A program made the translations under genes and the position numbers. DNA of 64,000 bases from Bacillota bacterium (lineage in GTDB: Bacteria; Bacillota; Clostridia; Christensenellales; Aristaeellaceae), in assembly GCA_023392515.1 (NCBI GenBank), contig JAEVYX010000017.1, forward strand, positions 1,344 through 65,343, given 5' to 3'. The notes below the pieces were generated by a model. The model was not told the DNA's origin and ran no database searches. It saw only the letters and a list, made by a program, of their open reading frames with translations. Shown here in pieces: positions 1 to 9,855 of the stretch (position 1 is its first letter; each line of letters starts with the position of its first letter).

Positions 1-1
1 C

Positions 2-2122
2 TACCCGGTTACTGAGCACTACCTGTATGAGCAGAATTGCCCCTTTACACCGGATGCGAATGAGCCCAACTCCAGCGGCTATTCCGCCTGGTACTACATC
101 AATGTGTACAACAACCGGTGCTTCCTGGACAACGCCAACGGCACACCTGAAGAGCAGGTTTTTGTGCACAATGAAATCCAGAAGATGTGCGAAGAAACCC
201 GCTTGGGCATCCCGATGACCTTCACCAGCGACCGCGAGTACAACGCATTTGGCGGCTTTATTGATAAGCCCCATGATGCTTTCGGCGTTGCCAACAACCC
301 CGAGCTGGCTGAAAAATTGCTTGTGAGCTATGCGAAGGCTATGAAGGCAGTGGGCGTCCATGTGACGTTCGAGCCCTATGGCAATGAGATTGGCGCCTTC
401 AACGGGGAGGATCCTGAATACATCGCCAAAATGACCGCCCTTGAAGTCGGCACATTGGAACAGAATGGCCTGGCCTCCTGCACCAAGCATTGGATCGGCC
501 GCGGCGGCGATTCCTCTTTCGGCGGTGCCCGCAGCGTCGCACAAAACGTGGATAACTGGCTAGAAGGCTGGAAAGCCGCAATCAACGCGGGCTGCGAATG
601 GGTGATGACCAACTCCGGCGGCACGGGCCTGACAAACACTGTATCTGTGGACTACGACAGCGTGACCATGGGTTATCTGCGCGACACCCTCGGCTTTGAC
701 GGCGTTGTCGTTACTGACTGGTGGGCGCTGGGCATGCAGAGCCACATTACTGGCATTACCCCAGAAGGGGAAGATTTGGCCCAGATGAATGGCCGCCAGC
801 TGTACAAGAAGATGCTGGAATGCGGTGTTGACCTGTTTGGCACCGTGACCACCACCCCCGGCGAAGACATTGATGCCAAGATCATGTCCAACTACCCGGA
901 TTGCATCATCAACGGCGTCAAGGATGGCGAAATTGACAAGGCGCTGGTTGACCGCGCTGCGACCCGTATTCTTCGGTTCAAATTCAACCATGGCCTCTTT
1001 GAAAACCCGTATTCCGACGCTGAGGCGGCAATTGCCCTTTGCACCAGCAGCAGCTATACCGCGGCTCCCATCAATACCTTTGAAGAATATGCCGCTGCGC
1101 CGCGCAGCATCACCACCAATGAAGAGCTGAAGGCCGCCCGCAACGCTGAGGATGTGGAGATGGACGAAGCTATGCAGGCTGCCTCTGCCGTTCTGGTCAA
1201 AAACGACAATAGCCTTCTGCCTCTGAAAAAAGGCACCAAGGTTTATGTATCAGCTACCAGTGAGGAATTGGCCCAGCACTACGCAAAATACATTGCCAAC
1301 TTTGGTACTGTGGTTGATACGATGGCGCAGGCAGATGTTGTGGTTGGGGATTTCACCGCCATGGATGACGTTGCCGAGCTGTTTGTCGACGATGCGAAGG
1401 AAGCGGGCAAGCCCATCATTATGACCCTCAACTGCATTGATCCCACCGAGTGGGCTATCAACAATGCCGATGCTCTGATGTACCTGAGCTTCAATCAAAA
1501 GGCTGACCATGGTTCTCAGCTGCCCGGCTTCATCACCACCACTGAGCCTTGGATCTACGCCGACCTGCTCTTTGGCGAGCGTGAGCCCAGCGGCATGATC
1601 GTAAAGGAACTTGCCCGCAACAGTGAGATGGATGCATATCAGTGGAAAGATTTGGCCGGCGATCAGGGCGCAAATACCTGGGTACGCCTGATGCTGGAAG
1701 CCACAATGAAAACCAGCGAGACACATACGGTTCCCGAAAACTGGGGCGATCCGCTGATTTGCTACAAATACAGCATGCGTTATGGCACCAAGGGTGATTT
1801 CGTGTATGATACCCTTGTTGTTCCGACCGTTCTGAAGGACACTGAAGTTGAACGCTGGGGAAGAAAACAGACGGTTACAATTTCTGTTCCTGCTGCGGCA
1901 AAGGTCGGCGAGGCCTACAATGTAAGCTTCCTGCTGTGGAACAACGGTGGCGATGACATGATCACGGTCAAGGCTGCCGAAGGCGACAAAGTGCTGGCAG
2001 AAAAACTCATGGCTGTCAATGGCGGAAGCTGGCGTGTGGTTTCGATGGATCTGACCTTTGACACCGCTGGTGAGCATGCCATTACTATTGGCAATTTGAG
2101 TACAACCATTACCGTTGAATAA
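2..2122 (+). CDS. Glycoside hydrolase family 3 (beta-glucosidase/xylosidase-like), 5'-truncated by the window edge
   Basis: The frame is open from nt 2, with no stop before the listed Met at 104. Motifs LGIPMTFTSDRE, KHWIGRGG and GFDGVVVTDWWALG (GH3 nucleophile-Asp region) are present. VLVKNDNSLLPLKKG is typical of the second GH3 domain. Confidence 0.8.
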   Translation, partial: YPVTEHYLYEQNCPFTPDANEPNSSGYSAWYYINVYNNRCFLDNANGTPEEQVFVHNEIQKMCEETRLGIPMTFTSDREYNAFGGFIDKPHDAFGVANNPELAEKLLVSYAKAMKAVGVHVTFEPYGNEIGAFNGEDPEYIAKMTALEVGTLEQNGLASCTKHWIGRGGDSSFGGARSVAQNVDNWLEGWKAAINAGCEWVMTNSGGTGLTNTVSVDYDSVTMGYLRDTLGFDGVVVTDWWALGMQSHITGITPEGEDLAQMNGRQLYKKMLECGVDLFGTVTTTPGEDIDAKIMSNYPDCIINGVKDGEIDKALVDRAATRILRFKFNHGLFENPYSDAEAAIALCTSSSYTAAPINTFEEYAAAPRSITTNEELKAARNAEDVEMDEAMQAASAVLVKNDNSLLPLKKGTKVYVSATSEELAQHYAKYIANFGTVVDTMAQADVVVGDFTAMDDVAELFVDDAKEAGKPIIMTLNCIDPTEWAINNADALMYLSFNQKADHGSQLPGFITTTEPWIYADLLFGEREPSGMIVKELARNSEMDAYQWKDLAGDQGANTWVRLMLEATMKTSETHTVPENWGDPLICYKYSMRYGTKGDFVYDTLVVPTVLKDTEVERWGRKQTVTISVPAAAKVGEAYNVSFLLWNNGGDDMITVKAAEGDKVLAEKLMAVNGGSWRVVSMDLTFDTAGEHAITIGNLSTTITVE

Positions 2123-2213
2123 TTTTACTGGCGGATGCAGGGTTAGTTTCGGCTTTCCCTGCATCCCAGGCTGCATGGCCTGGAAACCCGATTTCCCTGT
2201 AGAGGTGGAGAAT

Positions 2214-3677
2214 ATGAGGGGATTGCTCTGCACAAGCGCAGTAACGCTATTGATTTTGTTGATGCTCTGCTTTCCGGTATTTGCAGATGAATTGTTTGTA
2301 GGCACGGAAGAAGGCTATTCCAGCCTCACGGCTGCAGTAGCGGCTGCGGCGCCCGGCGATGTGATTCGTCTTGCATCCGGCGTTTATGCCGAGCCTGCTG
2401 AAACCTATCCAATTGAAATTAATAAGCCTCTTACCTTGACAGGAGAGCCTGGTGCTGTCCTCAAGGGCTCCCCTTTTAAGGCGCTGCTTAGGGTGACTGC
2501 TCCTGATGTATCAATTGAGGGGCTTGATTTTCAGCTGCTCCGATGGGGCATTGTGGACACGGCCGACAGGATGTCATTATCGGACTGCCGCTTTGTACTG
2601 GCGGATACCGCTTACCGCGTATCCTCCTGCGGGGTTTGGATGGCCGGCGTTTACAATTGCCGCATCACGGACTGCGATTTCACGGGCTGTGGTGTTTGCA
2701 TGGCCGGCCCTCCGCTAAGTGAGCGGAGCAAGGGGCTGCCTGTGCTTACAGGGTTATTTGAGGTCGGGGAGGATACGGCCGTCTTTACTTCCCATACTAT
2801 AATGAACAACCGCATCAACGGAAAGCCGCTGTATTATTTCGTCAATGAGACTGATCTGACTGTCCCAGAGGATGCAGGCGGTGTGATAGCTGCCTGCTGT
2901 GAGAATTTGAAAGCAGAAGGGCTGAATGTCTCTGACAGCAGCATGGGAATCGAACTGGTACACTGCAGCAATGCGCTGGTTAGCAATTTAACGGCGGACC
3001 GTTGCGGCATCTTTGGCATATATATTGCTCACACCGACGGCGGAATTGTTGAAAATGTCATCTGCAGGGAAGCCAATCACGGAATTGATCTGCGCGCCGT
3101 TCAGAGTATGGCCGTCACCGGCTGTGAAACGCCAGACTGTGAACAGGGTATCTTTCTTTCCTTTTCATTCGATTCCATTGTGGATAGCTGCAGGATGCTT
3201 AATTGCGGCAACGGCTTTTTCATTGCCGGGGGTGCGCGAAATCAGCTGTCGGGCAGCCGGGTAGAGGGTAATGACAATGGTGTCTATGTTCAGGGTGAGA
3301 AGGACATGCTGATTTGCGGCAACGAAATTACCGGCAACACGGTAGCGGGAGTGCGTTTCCTGCGCTCCAGCGGACAAACGATGGAAAATACGATCCACGA
3401 CAATTGGGTCGGAGTGCTGGCGGCAGAAGGAGAGTCATTCACGATATGGCGCAATTCGTTCTGTGCCAATGCTTCTGCAGGATTGTATATGAAGGACATG
3501 ACATCGGGGAAAATCTCGGCAAATATCTTTGACAGTATGGAAAATGTTTTTTTGGAATTGGCAGGATCCATTGCTGATACGCTAATCTGGAATAACACTT
3601 TCAAAGGAGGTATAGAAAGAATCATTCACAATTCCGAAAGCCGGGTTTCGCTAGCCATAAATGAATGGAATGAATAA
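2214..3677 (+). CDS. Secreted right-handed parallel beta-helix repeat protein (PbH1/NosD-like fold), Cys-rich
   Basis: ORF 2115-3677. The preferred start is ATG 2214, just after GAGGTGGAG. MRGLLCTSAVTLLILLMLCFPVFA looks like a signal peptide. The body is made of ~22-aa repeats such as ICGNEITGNTVAGVRF and RVEGNDNGVYVQG, typical of beta-helix proteins. Confidence 0.7.
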   Translation: MRGLLCTSAVTLLILLMLCFPVFADELFVGTEEGYSSLTAAVAAAAPGDVIRLASGVYAEPAETYPIEINKPLTLTGEPGAVLKGSPFKALLRVTAPDVSIEGLDFQLLRWGIVDTADRMSLSDCRFVLADTAYRVSSCGVWMAGVYNCRITDCDFTGCGVCMAGPPLSERSKGLPVLTGLFEVGEDTAVFTSHTIMNNRINGKPLYYFVNETDLTVPEDAGGVIAACCENLKAEGLNVSDSSMGIELVHCSNALVSNLTADRCGIFGIYIAHTDGGIVENVICREANHGIDLRAVQSMAVTGCETPDCEQGIFLSFSFDSIVDSCRMLNCGNGFFIAGGARNQLSGSRVEGNDNGVYVQGEKDMLICGNEITGNTVAGVRFLRSSGQTMENTIHDNWVGVLAAEGESFTIWRNSFCANASAGLYMKDMTSGKISANIFDSMENVFLELAGSIADTLIWNNTFKGGIERIIHNSESRVSLAINEWNE

Positions 3678-3820
3678 AGAATAAAGCCATTCCGTATTCC
3701 AAATTTAATTATTATGTCTCGTAAAAAGCTCCCTGATAGTTTTCCCGTCATAAGCAAGCAGCATATCTTCCCTTTCTACCATCGGTGCATATTGATTATA
3801 AAGCGGAACCGGGCGGGGAT

Positions 3821-3856
3821 AAAAAAGGGCCAGATGGAAGGTTGGCCCTTTTTTCC
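3821..3856. terminator. Rho-independent-type hairpin (bidirectional: A-run / GGGCCA-loop-TGGCCC / T-run)
   Basis: The sequence is aaaaaaGGGCCAgatggaaggtTGGCCCttttttcc. It lies 145 nt downstream of the beta-helix gene stop. Confidence 0.6.
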
Positions 3857-4092
3857 GTAACCGCTTTTTATCGAGAAATTGAAAAAAGCAGTTCCATTGC
3901 ATGTCATTATACAATCATACCGGAGTGATTATTAGTCCCTGGTTATCAAAACGCTATCATGTTTTTATAAAACTGTATGGAAGACAGTTAAGCCATTCCG
4001 TGTGCTGCAAATCGGAAATCCTCGATTTCTGTAAATCATCGATAGCAGCTTACGCGCACGGAAATCGCATATGGCGCAGCAGAAATTGTGGA

Positions 4093-4121
4093 TTTACATT
4101 TTTGCTGTTCACCGATACAAT
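4093..4121 (+). promoter_or_regulatory. Candidate sigma-A promoter of the LplABC-type transporter operon
   Basis: TTTACA (4093-4098), a 17-nt spacer, then TACAAT (4116-4121), about 120 nt upstream of the SBP start. Confidence 0.4.
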
Positions 4122-4128
4122 TTAAGCA

Positions 4129-4146
4129 ATGATTGAGCTTGATCAT
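4129..4146. promoter_or_regulatory. Imperfect 18-bp palindrome just downstream of the candidate -10 (possible operator)
   Basis: ATGATTGAGCTTGATCAT has 14 of 18 positions self-complementary (ATGAT..AGCT..ATCAT). Confidence 0.3.
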
Positions 4147-4240
4147 ATGAACCGTTGAACCATGGTGGAGCGGGAGCAATGCAATGCCGGTGTTGCGTGC
4201 GGTCCGCCCCAGCCTCATTTGTAAAGGAGGTAAAACCTAT

Positions 4241-5893
4241 ATGCGGAAATTGCTAAGCTGGATGCTTGCAATGGTCATGGTTCTGGGCGTGGGAACGTCC
4301 GTGATCGCGGAAGATCAGCCCGTGATCAATAATCAGGAAGTATATGACATGTACCTTGCCGCTGAGGAAAACGCACTGCCCATTTGCCAGCCCGGCGAAG
4401 TTACGCTCACTATTTATGCGGAGTTGGATGAATATGCGGCCAACTTTATGCAATCCTATGAAGAACATCCAATCATCAAAAAGGTGGAGGAACTCACAGG
4501 CCTCAAGCTTAAATTCATCCATCCGCCTACCGGGGATGACGGTACTTTCTTCAACATGACAATTGCGTCGGGAGATTATCCCGATATCTTCATTACCACC
4601 AAGTTCAACGAGATATATCCCGGCGGTATCCATGGTGCTGTGCGGGATGGTGTGCTGGCCGACAATGATGAGCAGATACGCAAGTACGCCAAGAATTTCC
4701 TTTACTACATGTCTATTGCAGATAAGAACACCTATCGGAATACCGCTGATGATGATGGAAAACTCACGCTGGGTACTCCCTTCGCATGTGATTTTATCCG
4801 TGGCATCAACAACATGGGGTTCATAGCACGTAAGGATATTCTGGATAAGTATGGGCTTGATGTGCCTAAGACCATTGATGAACTGACCAATGCGCTACGG
4901 ACCCTCAAAGAAAACGGCATAGAGGTGCCAATGGCACTGGGCACGCTGGATAACTATCGCTATACCGACTGCAACTTCCTTTCCGGTGCATTTGGCGTGA
5001 CGATGAAAGATTATCAGGTCGATGAAAACGGCAAGGTATTCTACAGCCGTGCCAATGAAGGCTATCGTGATTACCTAAGGCAGATGGCCGCCTGGTATAA
5101 GGAGGGGCTGATTGACCGCGATTTTGTCAATCGTGATGTAAAAGATGCCCTGAAGATGTTCTATAATAACCGTACTGCCTTCTGCGTGATTGGCAACTGG
5201 CAGACAACGGAGATCGTCACACTGGGTAAGGCAGAGAACCCTGATTTTGAAATTTACCCTGTCCGCGTGCCGCGTCTGACCGACAGTGAGGAGCCCTATC
5301 ATCTTGGCAACCCGCTTGCTGAGGGTGGCGTGGGCGATATGCTCATATCTGCGACATGCAAGCACCCCAAGGAGGCCGTAAAGCTCCTGGATTATCTCTA
5401 TAACATGGATCTTGCGGAACTGGCTTACTGGGGCGTGGGCGAACTGGAAGATGGAACCCATACCTATATCATCAATGAAGATGGCATGCACGTGTATGGC
5501 GATGCGATTCTCAACAATTCGGATTGGCCTTATGAGACCATCCGCCATAAGTACACGCTGCAGATTTTCCAGCGCCAGCTGCTGGAGGAGCCGGAACGCT
5601 TTGAATATTCCGATCCTATTTGCCAAACTTGCTGGGATGAGTGGGGATACAAGACGGATCGTGATGGCCGGCTTCCGGAATCTGTTTCCCGCACTGTCGA
5701 GGAGGATACGGTATTTACCCGCAATCAAGTGGAGATTGAAACCTATAGTGATGAAATGATTTACAAGTTCATCACCGGCGGTCTGGATATTGATACACAG
5801 TGGGATACCTTCGTAAGCACCATGTACGGTATGGGCCTGGGCGATAACGAGCAGATCCAGCAGGCCGCTTACGAGCGCTGGATAAAGCGCTGA
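4241..5893 (+). CDS. Large (LplA-like) extracellular solute-binding protein of a carbohydrate ABC importer
   Basis: ORF 4184-5893. ATG 4241 lies 9 nt after AAAGGAGG. MRKLLSWMLAMVMVLGVGTSVIA looks like a signal peptide. The ~550-aa size and its position directly upstream of LplB/LplC-type permeases support the call. Confidence 0.8.
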   Translation: MRKLLSWMLAMVMVLGVGTSVIAEDQPVINNQEVYDMYLAAEENALPICQPGEVTLTIYAELDEYAANFMQSYEEHPIIKKVEELTGLKLKFIHPPTGDDGTFFNMTIASGDYPDIFITTKFNEIYPGGIHGAVRDGVLADNDEQIRKYAKNFLYYMSIADKNTYRNTADDDGKLTLGTPFACDFIRGINNMGFIARKDILDKYGLDVPKTIDELTNALRTLKENGIEVPMALGTLDNYRYTDCNFLSGAFGVTMKDYQVDENGKVFYSRANEGYRDYLRQMAAWYKEGLIDRDFVNRDVKDALKMFYNNRTAFCVIGNWQTTEIVTLGKAENPDFEIYPVRVPRLTDSEEPYHLGNPLAEGGVGDMLISATCKHPKEAVKLLDYLYNMDLAELAYWGVGELEDGTHTYIINEDGMHVYGDAILNNSDWPYETIRHKYTLQIFQRQLLEEPERFEYSDPICQTCWDEWGYKTDRDGRLPESVSRTVEEDTVFTRNQVEIETYSDEMIYKFITGGLDIDTQWDTFVSTMYGMGLGDNEQIQQAAYERWIKR

Positions 5894-5936
5894 GCCCCAA
5901 CCAACAGATCCAATTGCGTTTGAAGGCAGCCAAAGG

Positions 5937-5975
5937 CCGGGGGAGAGGCTTCCTCTTTCCCCCGGTTGTTTCTTG
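5937..5975 (+). terminator. Hairpin plus T-rich tail after the SBP gene (terminator/attenuator)
   Basis: CCGGGGGAGAGG-cttc-CTCTTTCCCCCGG is followed by ttgtttcttg. Confidence 0.5.
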
Positions 5976-6030
5976 TACCTTTTTTAGGCTTGGCGGCCAA
6001 TTCATCTGCTGACAGAATAAGGGGGAATCC

Positions 6031-6975
6031 GTGGTGATTGCTGCGGCCAGTAAAAACACCTGCAAACGAAAGCGCGAAGGGTACATCAGTAACATGATCC
6101 ATAATCCATGGCTGTACCTGATGGCGCTTCCAGTGGTTGCCTATTACATTATTTTTCACTATCTGCCTATGTATGGCGTTGTGATCGCCTTTAAGGATTA
6201 TGTGCCGGCGCGCGGAATCTGGGAAAGCAACTGGGTAGGTCTGAATCATTTCTCTTCCTTTTTTACCAGCTCTTATCTCCCGCGCCTGCTGCGCAATACG
6301 CTTTCCATCAACATCAAGGAACTTTTGTTTTCTTTTCCGGTGCCTATCTTGTTTGCAATTCTGCTCAATGAGGTGCGCAGTACGCGCTTCAGGCGCATTT
6401 CACAGTCGTTGACTTATATGCCCCACTTTGTATCCACAGTGGTTATCTGCGGTTTGATTGTCGATTTTACCAAGAGCTCCGGCGTATTGACCAACCTGTT
6501 TGTGGCGCTGGGTATGGAACGCGTCAATATGCTCTCCGTGCCGGAATACTTTCAGGGGATCTTCATTGGGGGCATTGTTTGGCAATCTTTTGGCTGGGAT
6601 TCCATTATCTACTTTGCGGCACTCACAGGTATCGATCCCGCCCTCTATGATGCCGCCCGCGTGGATGGCGCTGGGCGGTTCAAGCAGACGCTGCATGTGA
6701 CGCTGCCGGGTATAACGCCCACCATCATGATTCTGATGCTGCTTCGCATTGGGTCAATGATGAGCGTTTCATGGGATCGCATTGTATTGCTGTACAATCC
6801 CCTTACCTATGAAACGGCGGATGTGCTAAGCAGCTATGTTTACCGTATTGGCCTTACCAAGATGCAATATAGCTTTGCAACCGCGGTGAGCCTGTTCAAT
6901 TCCGGCATCAACATTTTGTTGCTCATCAGCGCAAACACCATTTCCAAGCGCGTCAGTGAAAACAGCTTGTGGTAA
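6031..6975 (+). CDS. ABC transporter permease, LplB/YteP type
   Basis: GTG 6031 follows AAGGGGGA. The PMYGVVIAFKDY N-terminal motif and the EAA-type loop YDAARVDGAGRFKQTLHVTLPGI are present, with multiple hydrophobic segments. Confidence 0.85.
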   Translation: MVIAAASKNTCKRKREGYISNMIHNPWLYLMALPVVAYYIIFHYLPMYGVVIAFKDYVPARGIWESNWVGLNHFSSFFTSSYLPRLLRNTLSINIKELLFSFPVPILFAILLNEVRSTRFRRISQSLTYMPHFVSTVVICGLIVDFTKSSGVLTNLFVALGMERVNMLSVPEYFQGIFIGGIVWQSFGWDSIIYFAALTGIDPALYDAARVDGAGRFKQTLHVTLPGITPTIMILMLLRIGSMMSVSWDRIVLLYNPLTYETADVLSSYVYRIGLTKMQYSFATAVSLFNSGINILLLISANTISKRVSENSLW

Positions 6976-6989
6976 AGGGGGAGAGACAT

Positions 6990-7916
6990 ATGAATACCGG
7001 CGTGGTTAAGGACAAGGCTATTATCACAAAACGGTGGGGCCGAAGAAGCGTCAAGGAACGCATTTTTGATGCCGCTAATATTCTATTTATCCTGATGTTG
7101 GCAATAACGACGGTTTACCCGATGCTATATACGGTATTTGCATCCTTCAGTGATGCGCGGGCCTTGCTCAAGCACGAAGGAGCTCTTATCTTCCCGCTTG
7201 CGCCTATGACGCTGCAGGGATATTTTATGACGTTTTCAAATCCCAACATCACAATGGGGTTCATTAACACGGCGTGTATGGTGATAAGCGGCACGGTCAT
7301 CGGTGTGATTATGACTATGTTGGGTGCGTACGTGGTTACACGCAAAAAGTTCAAGCCACGTGGCATTATGATGAAGGCGATATTGGTGACCATGTTCTTC
7401 AGCGGCGGCATCATCCCTACATTTTTTGTAGTGCGCAGCGTGGGGCTGTACAACAACTTCTGGGCAATGGTGATCCCCAGCGCACTGAACACGTATAACC
7501 TGATTATATTGCGCACGTTCTTTTTAAGCATACCCGACAGCCTAGAGGAATCTGCCGTGCTGGACGGTGCAAACGATATGCAAGTGCTTTTCAAGATTTT
7601 TTTGCCGTTATCGCTGCCTGCCCTGGCGGTTATCACGCTGTATTATGCGGTGGATTATTGGAACAGCTGGTATCCGGCGCTGCTTTATGTCCGGGACCGC
7701 AAGCTTTATCCCTTGCAGATGTTTCTGCGGGAACTGCTCATTCTCAACGAAAACGTGGAATCCGCCAGCGGCAAGCAGATGGTTTCGGAAGTTTATACCC
7801 GGGAGCTGGTCAAATATTGCACGGTAGTGGTGTCTACGGTACCGATACTGATCTTATACCCGTTTTTGCAGAAATATTTCGTTAAAGGCGTTATGATTGG
7901 TGCGATCAAGGGCTGA
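6990..7916 (+). CDS. ABC transporter permease, LplC type
   Basis: ORF 6969-7916. ATG 6990 follows AGGGGGAGA. The EAA loop ESAVLDGANDMQVLFKIFLPLSLP is present. Confidence 0.85.
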   Translation: MNTGVVKDKAIITKRWGRRSVKERIFDAANILFILMLAITTVYPMLYTVFASFSDARALLKHEGALIFPLAPMTLQGYFMTFSNPNITMGFINTACMVISGTVIGVIMTMLGAYVVTRKKFKPRGIMMKAILVTMFFSGGIIPTFFVVRSVGLYNNFWAMVIPSALNTYNLIILRTFFLSIPDSLEESAVLDGANDMQVLFKIFLPLSLPALAVITLYYAVDYWNSWYPALLYVRDRKLYPLQMFLRELLILNENVESASGKQMVSEVYTRELVKYCTVVVSTVPILILYPFLQKYFVKGVMIGAIKG

Positions 7917-7927
7917 GGAGAATACGC

Positions 7928-8611
7928 ATGGATTGGAAAGTGACGGAGATCTTGGATGCCCTGCGCGCTGCTTCCTATGTTTATGATGCTTTTAGGCAGG
8001 CGGTTAGACCCGGTGCTTGCGAAAGTGACCTTCAGGCGGCGCTGGCAGGCGCTTGCGCTGGCCGGGAAATTGGTTTTGATCTGCTGAGCGGACCACGCAC
8101 TGCGGAGGTGGAGGGCGGAGCAACGCTGCGTATGCTTGAACGCGGCGATGCGCTCATACTTGATCTGTGCCTCAGGCATGGTGAACATTGGTGTGATGTA
8201 TGCCGTACATATTTTTTGGGCAAGCCCGATCCAGTTCAACAGGCGACCTACGAGGTTGTGCTGGATTGCTTTGAGGTGGTAGCTCATCAGCTTCGAGACG
8301 GAGCCAGCGCCAGAGAGGTCTACCATACAGCCAGGGGCCTTCTGGATGATAAGGGCTTGGCGGGCTGGATGCGTCATCACACCGGTCATGGCATTGGTCA
8401 TACTCCCTTCGAAGCGCCGGTGGAGGCTCCTGAATCGGAAGATATAATTCGTGCAGGGGATGTGATCACGGTGGAGATCGGTATCTATTGCGCAGGTGCG
8501 TTTGGCATCCGCGTAGAGGATGATTTTCTTATTACCCTGGACGGTGCAAAAAACCTATGGAACTACCCCAAGGCGCTTGCGGATGTGACACTGCCGTGGC
8601 CAGAAGCCTAA
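7928..8611 (+). CDS. M24-fold (creatinase/prolidase 'pita-bread') metallohydrolase, catalytic domain only
   Basis: Motifs ILDLC...CDVCRTY, HHTGHGIGHTPFEAP, GDVITVEIGIY and GIRVEDDFLIT match the metal-ligand pattern of M24 enzymes. At 227 aa it lacks the usual N-terminal domain. Confidence 0.7.
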   Translation: MDWKVTEILDALRAASYVYDAFRQAVRPGACESDLQAALAGACAGREIGFDLLSGPRTAEVEGGATLRMLERGDALILDLCLRHGEHWCDVCRTYFLGKPDPVQQATYEVVLDCFEVVAHQLRDGASAREVYHTARGLLDDKGLAGWMRHHTGHGIGHTPFEAPVEAPESEDIIRAGDVITVEIGIYCAGAFGIRVEDDFLITLDGAKNLWNYPKALADVTLPWPEA

Positions 8612-8753
8612 ATTGAAAGCAGGTTTAGCCTTGGATAATAGATTAGGAGCGGCGGAAATGGACGCCCATGGCCCGGAACCCCGTAAGGCAGCCTGGTGTC
8701 TTCCTGGTAACTGTGCTCTTATGAAAAGCATGTAAAATAAACAGGGGGAAAGC

Positions 8754-9785
8754 ATGAAAGCGATGATGTGGGAAGGCCGCGGCGCGCTGCGGCTGATGGA
8801 AATGCCCAAGCCTGTATGCAAGCCGGGATGGCTGCTGATCAAGGTAATGAGTGCCGGCGTTTGTGCAACGGATGCACATATCATACACGGCACATTTTTC
8901 AATGGCGAACCGCCCCACGTGCTGGGGCATGAGATTGCCGGCGAGGTGGTGGAGGCGGGTGATGATAGCCTTAATGATTGGATTGGCAAGCGAGTGGTGG
9001 TGGAAACGGCTATCGGCTGTGGGGTTTGCGAACATTGTCGCAGCGGTAACAAGCACCTCTGCACAAAGGGCGGAGAGATTGGCTTTCCCCCGTATGCGGG
9101 CGGGTACGCTCAATATGTGACCGTGCCTTACACTTGCGCCCATGTGATGCCGGATGGCATGACCTATGATGAAGGCGGTATCTTGGAGGCTATTGCCTGC
9201 CCTGTAGGCGCGATCCGCCGCCTTGGACTCGCATTTGGGCAAACGGTTCTCATACAAGGCATCGGCATTGCCGGTATTTCCTTTTTGCAGGCGGTGCGAG
9301 CGTGTGGGGCGGGAAAGGTGATTGTTGCCATCACGCGGGAAAGCAAGCGGGAGCAGGCAATGCGCTTTGGCGCAGATGTGGCAATCAACATCACACAAGA
9401 AGATCTCACCCAGCGCGTGCTGCAGGAAACAGGCGGCAGGGGTGTGGATCTATCCATCGATGCGGCAGGCGCAGCAACAACCATAACGGCTGCCGTAATG
9501 CTTTGCGCCGCACAGGGGCGCGTGCTGCTTTACGGCTTGCCCAATGAGCAAAATCTGCCGCCTTTCCCTGTGTCGCGTATTATTATGAAACAGCTGACGG
9601 TAGTGGGTCTTACCAATAATGAGATGGGCTGGCAGCCGCTGCTGGACATGGCGGAGCGGGGAATTATCAATGTACGGGATATGGTCACCCATCATTTCAA
9701 CCTGGAACAACTTCCTGAAGCAATTGAGACAGTCATGCGAAGGCCGGATGACCTGATCAAAGCAGTGGTGCATCCTTGGGGTTAA
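8754..9785 (+). CDS. Zinc-dependent medium-chain dehydrogenase (sorbitol/threonine dehydrogenase-like)
   Basis: Motifs GHEIAGEVVEAG, the structural-Zn motif CGVCEHCRSGNKHLC and the Rossmann segment IQGIGIAG. The RBS is GGGGGAAAG. Confidence 0.85.
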   Translation: MKAMMWEGRGALRLMEMPKPVCKPGWLLIKVMSAGVCATDAHIIHGTFFNGEPPHVLGHEIAGEVVEAGDDSLNDWIGKRVVVETAIGCGVCEHCRSGNKHLCTKGGEIGFPPYAGGYAQYVTVPYTCAHVMPDGMTYDEGGILEAIACPVGAIRRLGLAFGQTVLIQGIGIAGISFLQAVRACGAGKVIVAITRESKREQAMRFGADVAINITQEDLTQRVLQETGGRGVDLSIDAAGAATTITAAVMLCAAQGRVLLYGLPNEQNLPPFPVSRIIMKQLTVVGLTNNEMGWQPLLDMAERGIINVRDMVTHHFNLEQLPEAIETVMRRPDDLIKAVVHPWG

Positions 9786-9855
9786 ACTCCTTTGATTGGT
9801 GCTGGGATGCTGCCGCTTAATAGTGATTATATACACGGGAAAGGTGGTTTTTGCT

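Noticed and set aside
1250-2305. 351-aa minus-strand ORF
   Set aside because: It is antisense to the GH3 gene, which has clear family motifs. It has no RBS, so it is a shadow ORF.
3705-3914. 69-aa minus-strand ORF in the spacer after the beta-helix gene
   Set aside because: The ORF spans a strong terminator-type hairpin (3821-3856). It has no RBS, so it is most likely non-coding.
4129-4146. Catabolite-responsive element (cre) interpretation of the palindrome downstream of the transporter promoter
   Set aside because: The centre is AGCT rather than the CG core of the cre consensus as I recall it (TGWAANCGNTNWCA). It is kept only as a generic operator candidate.
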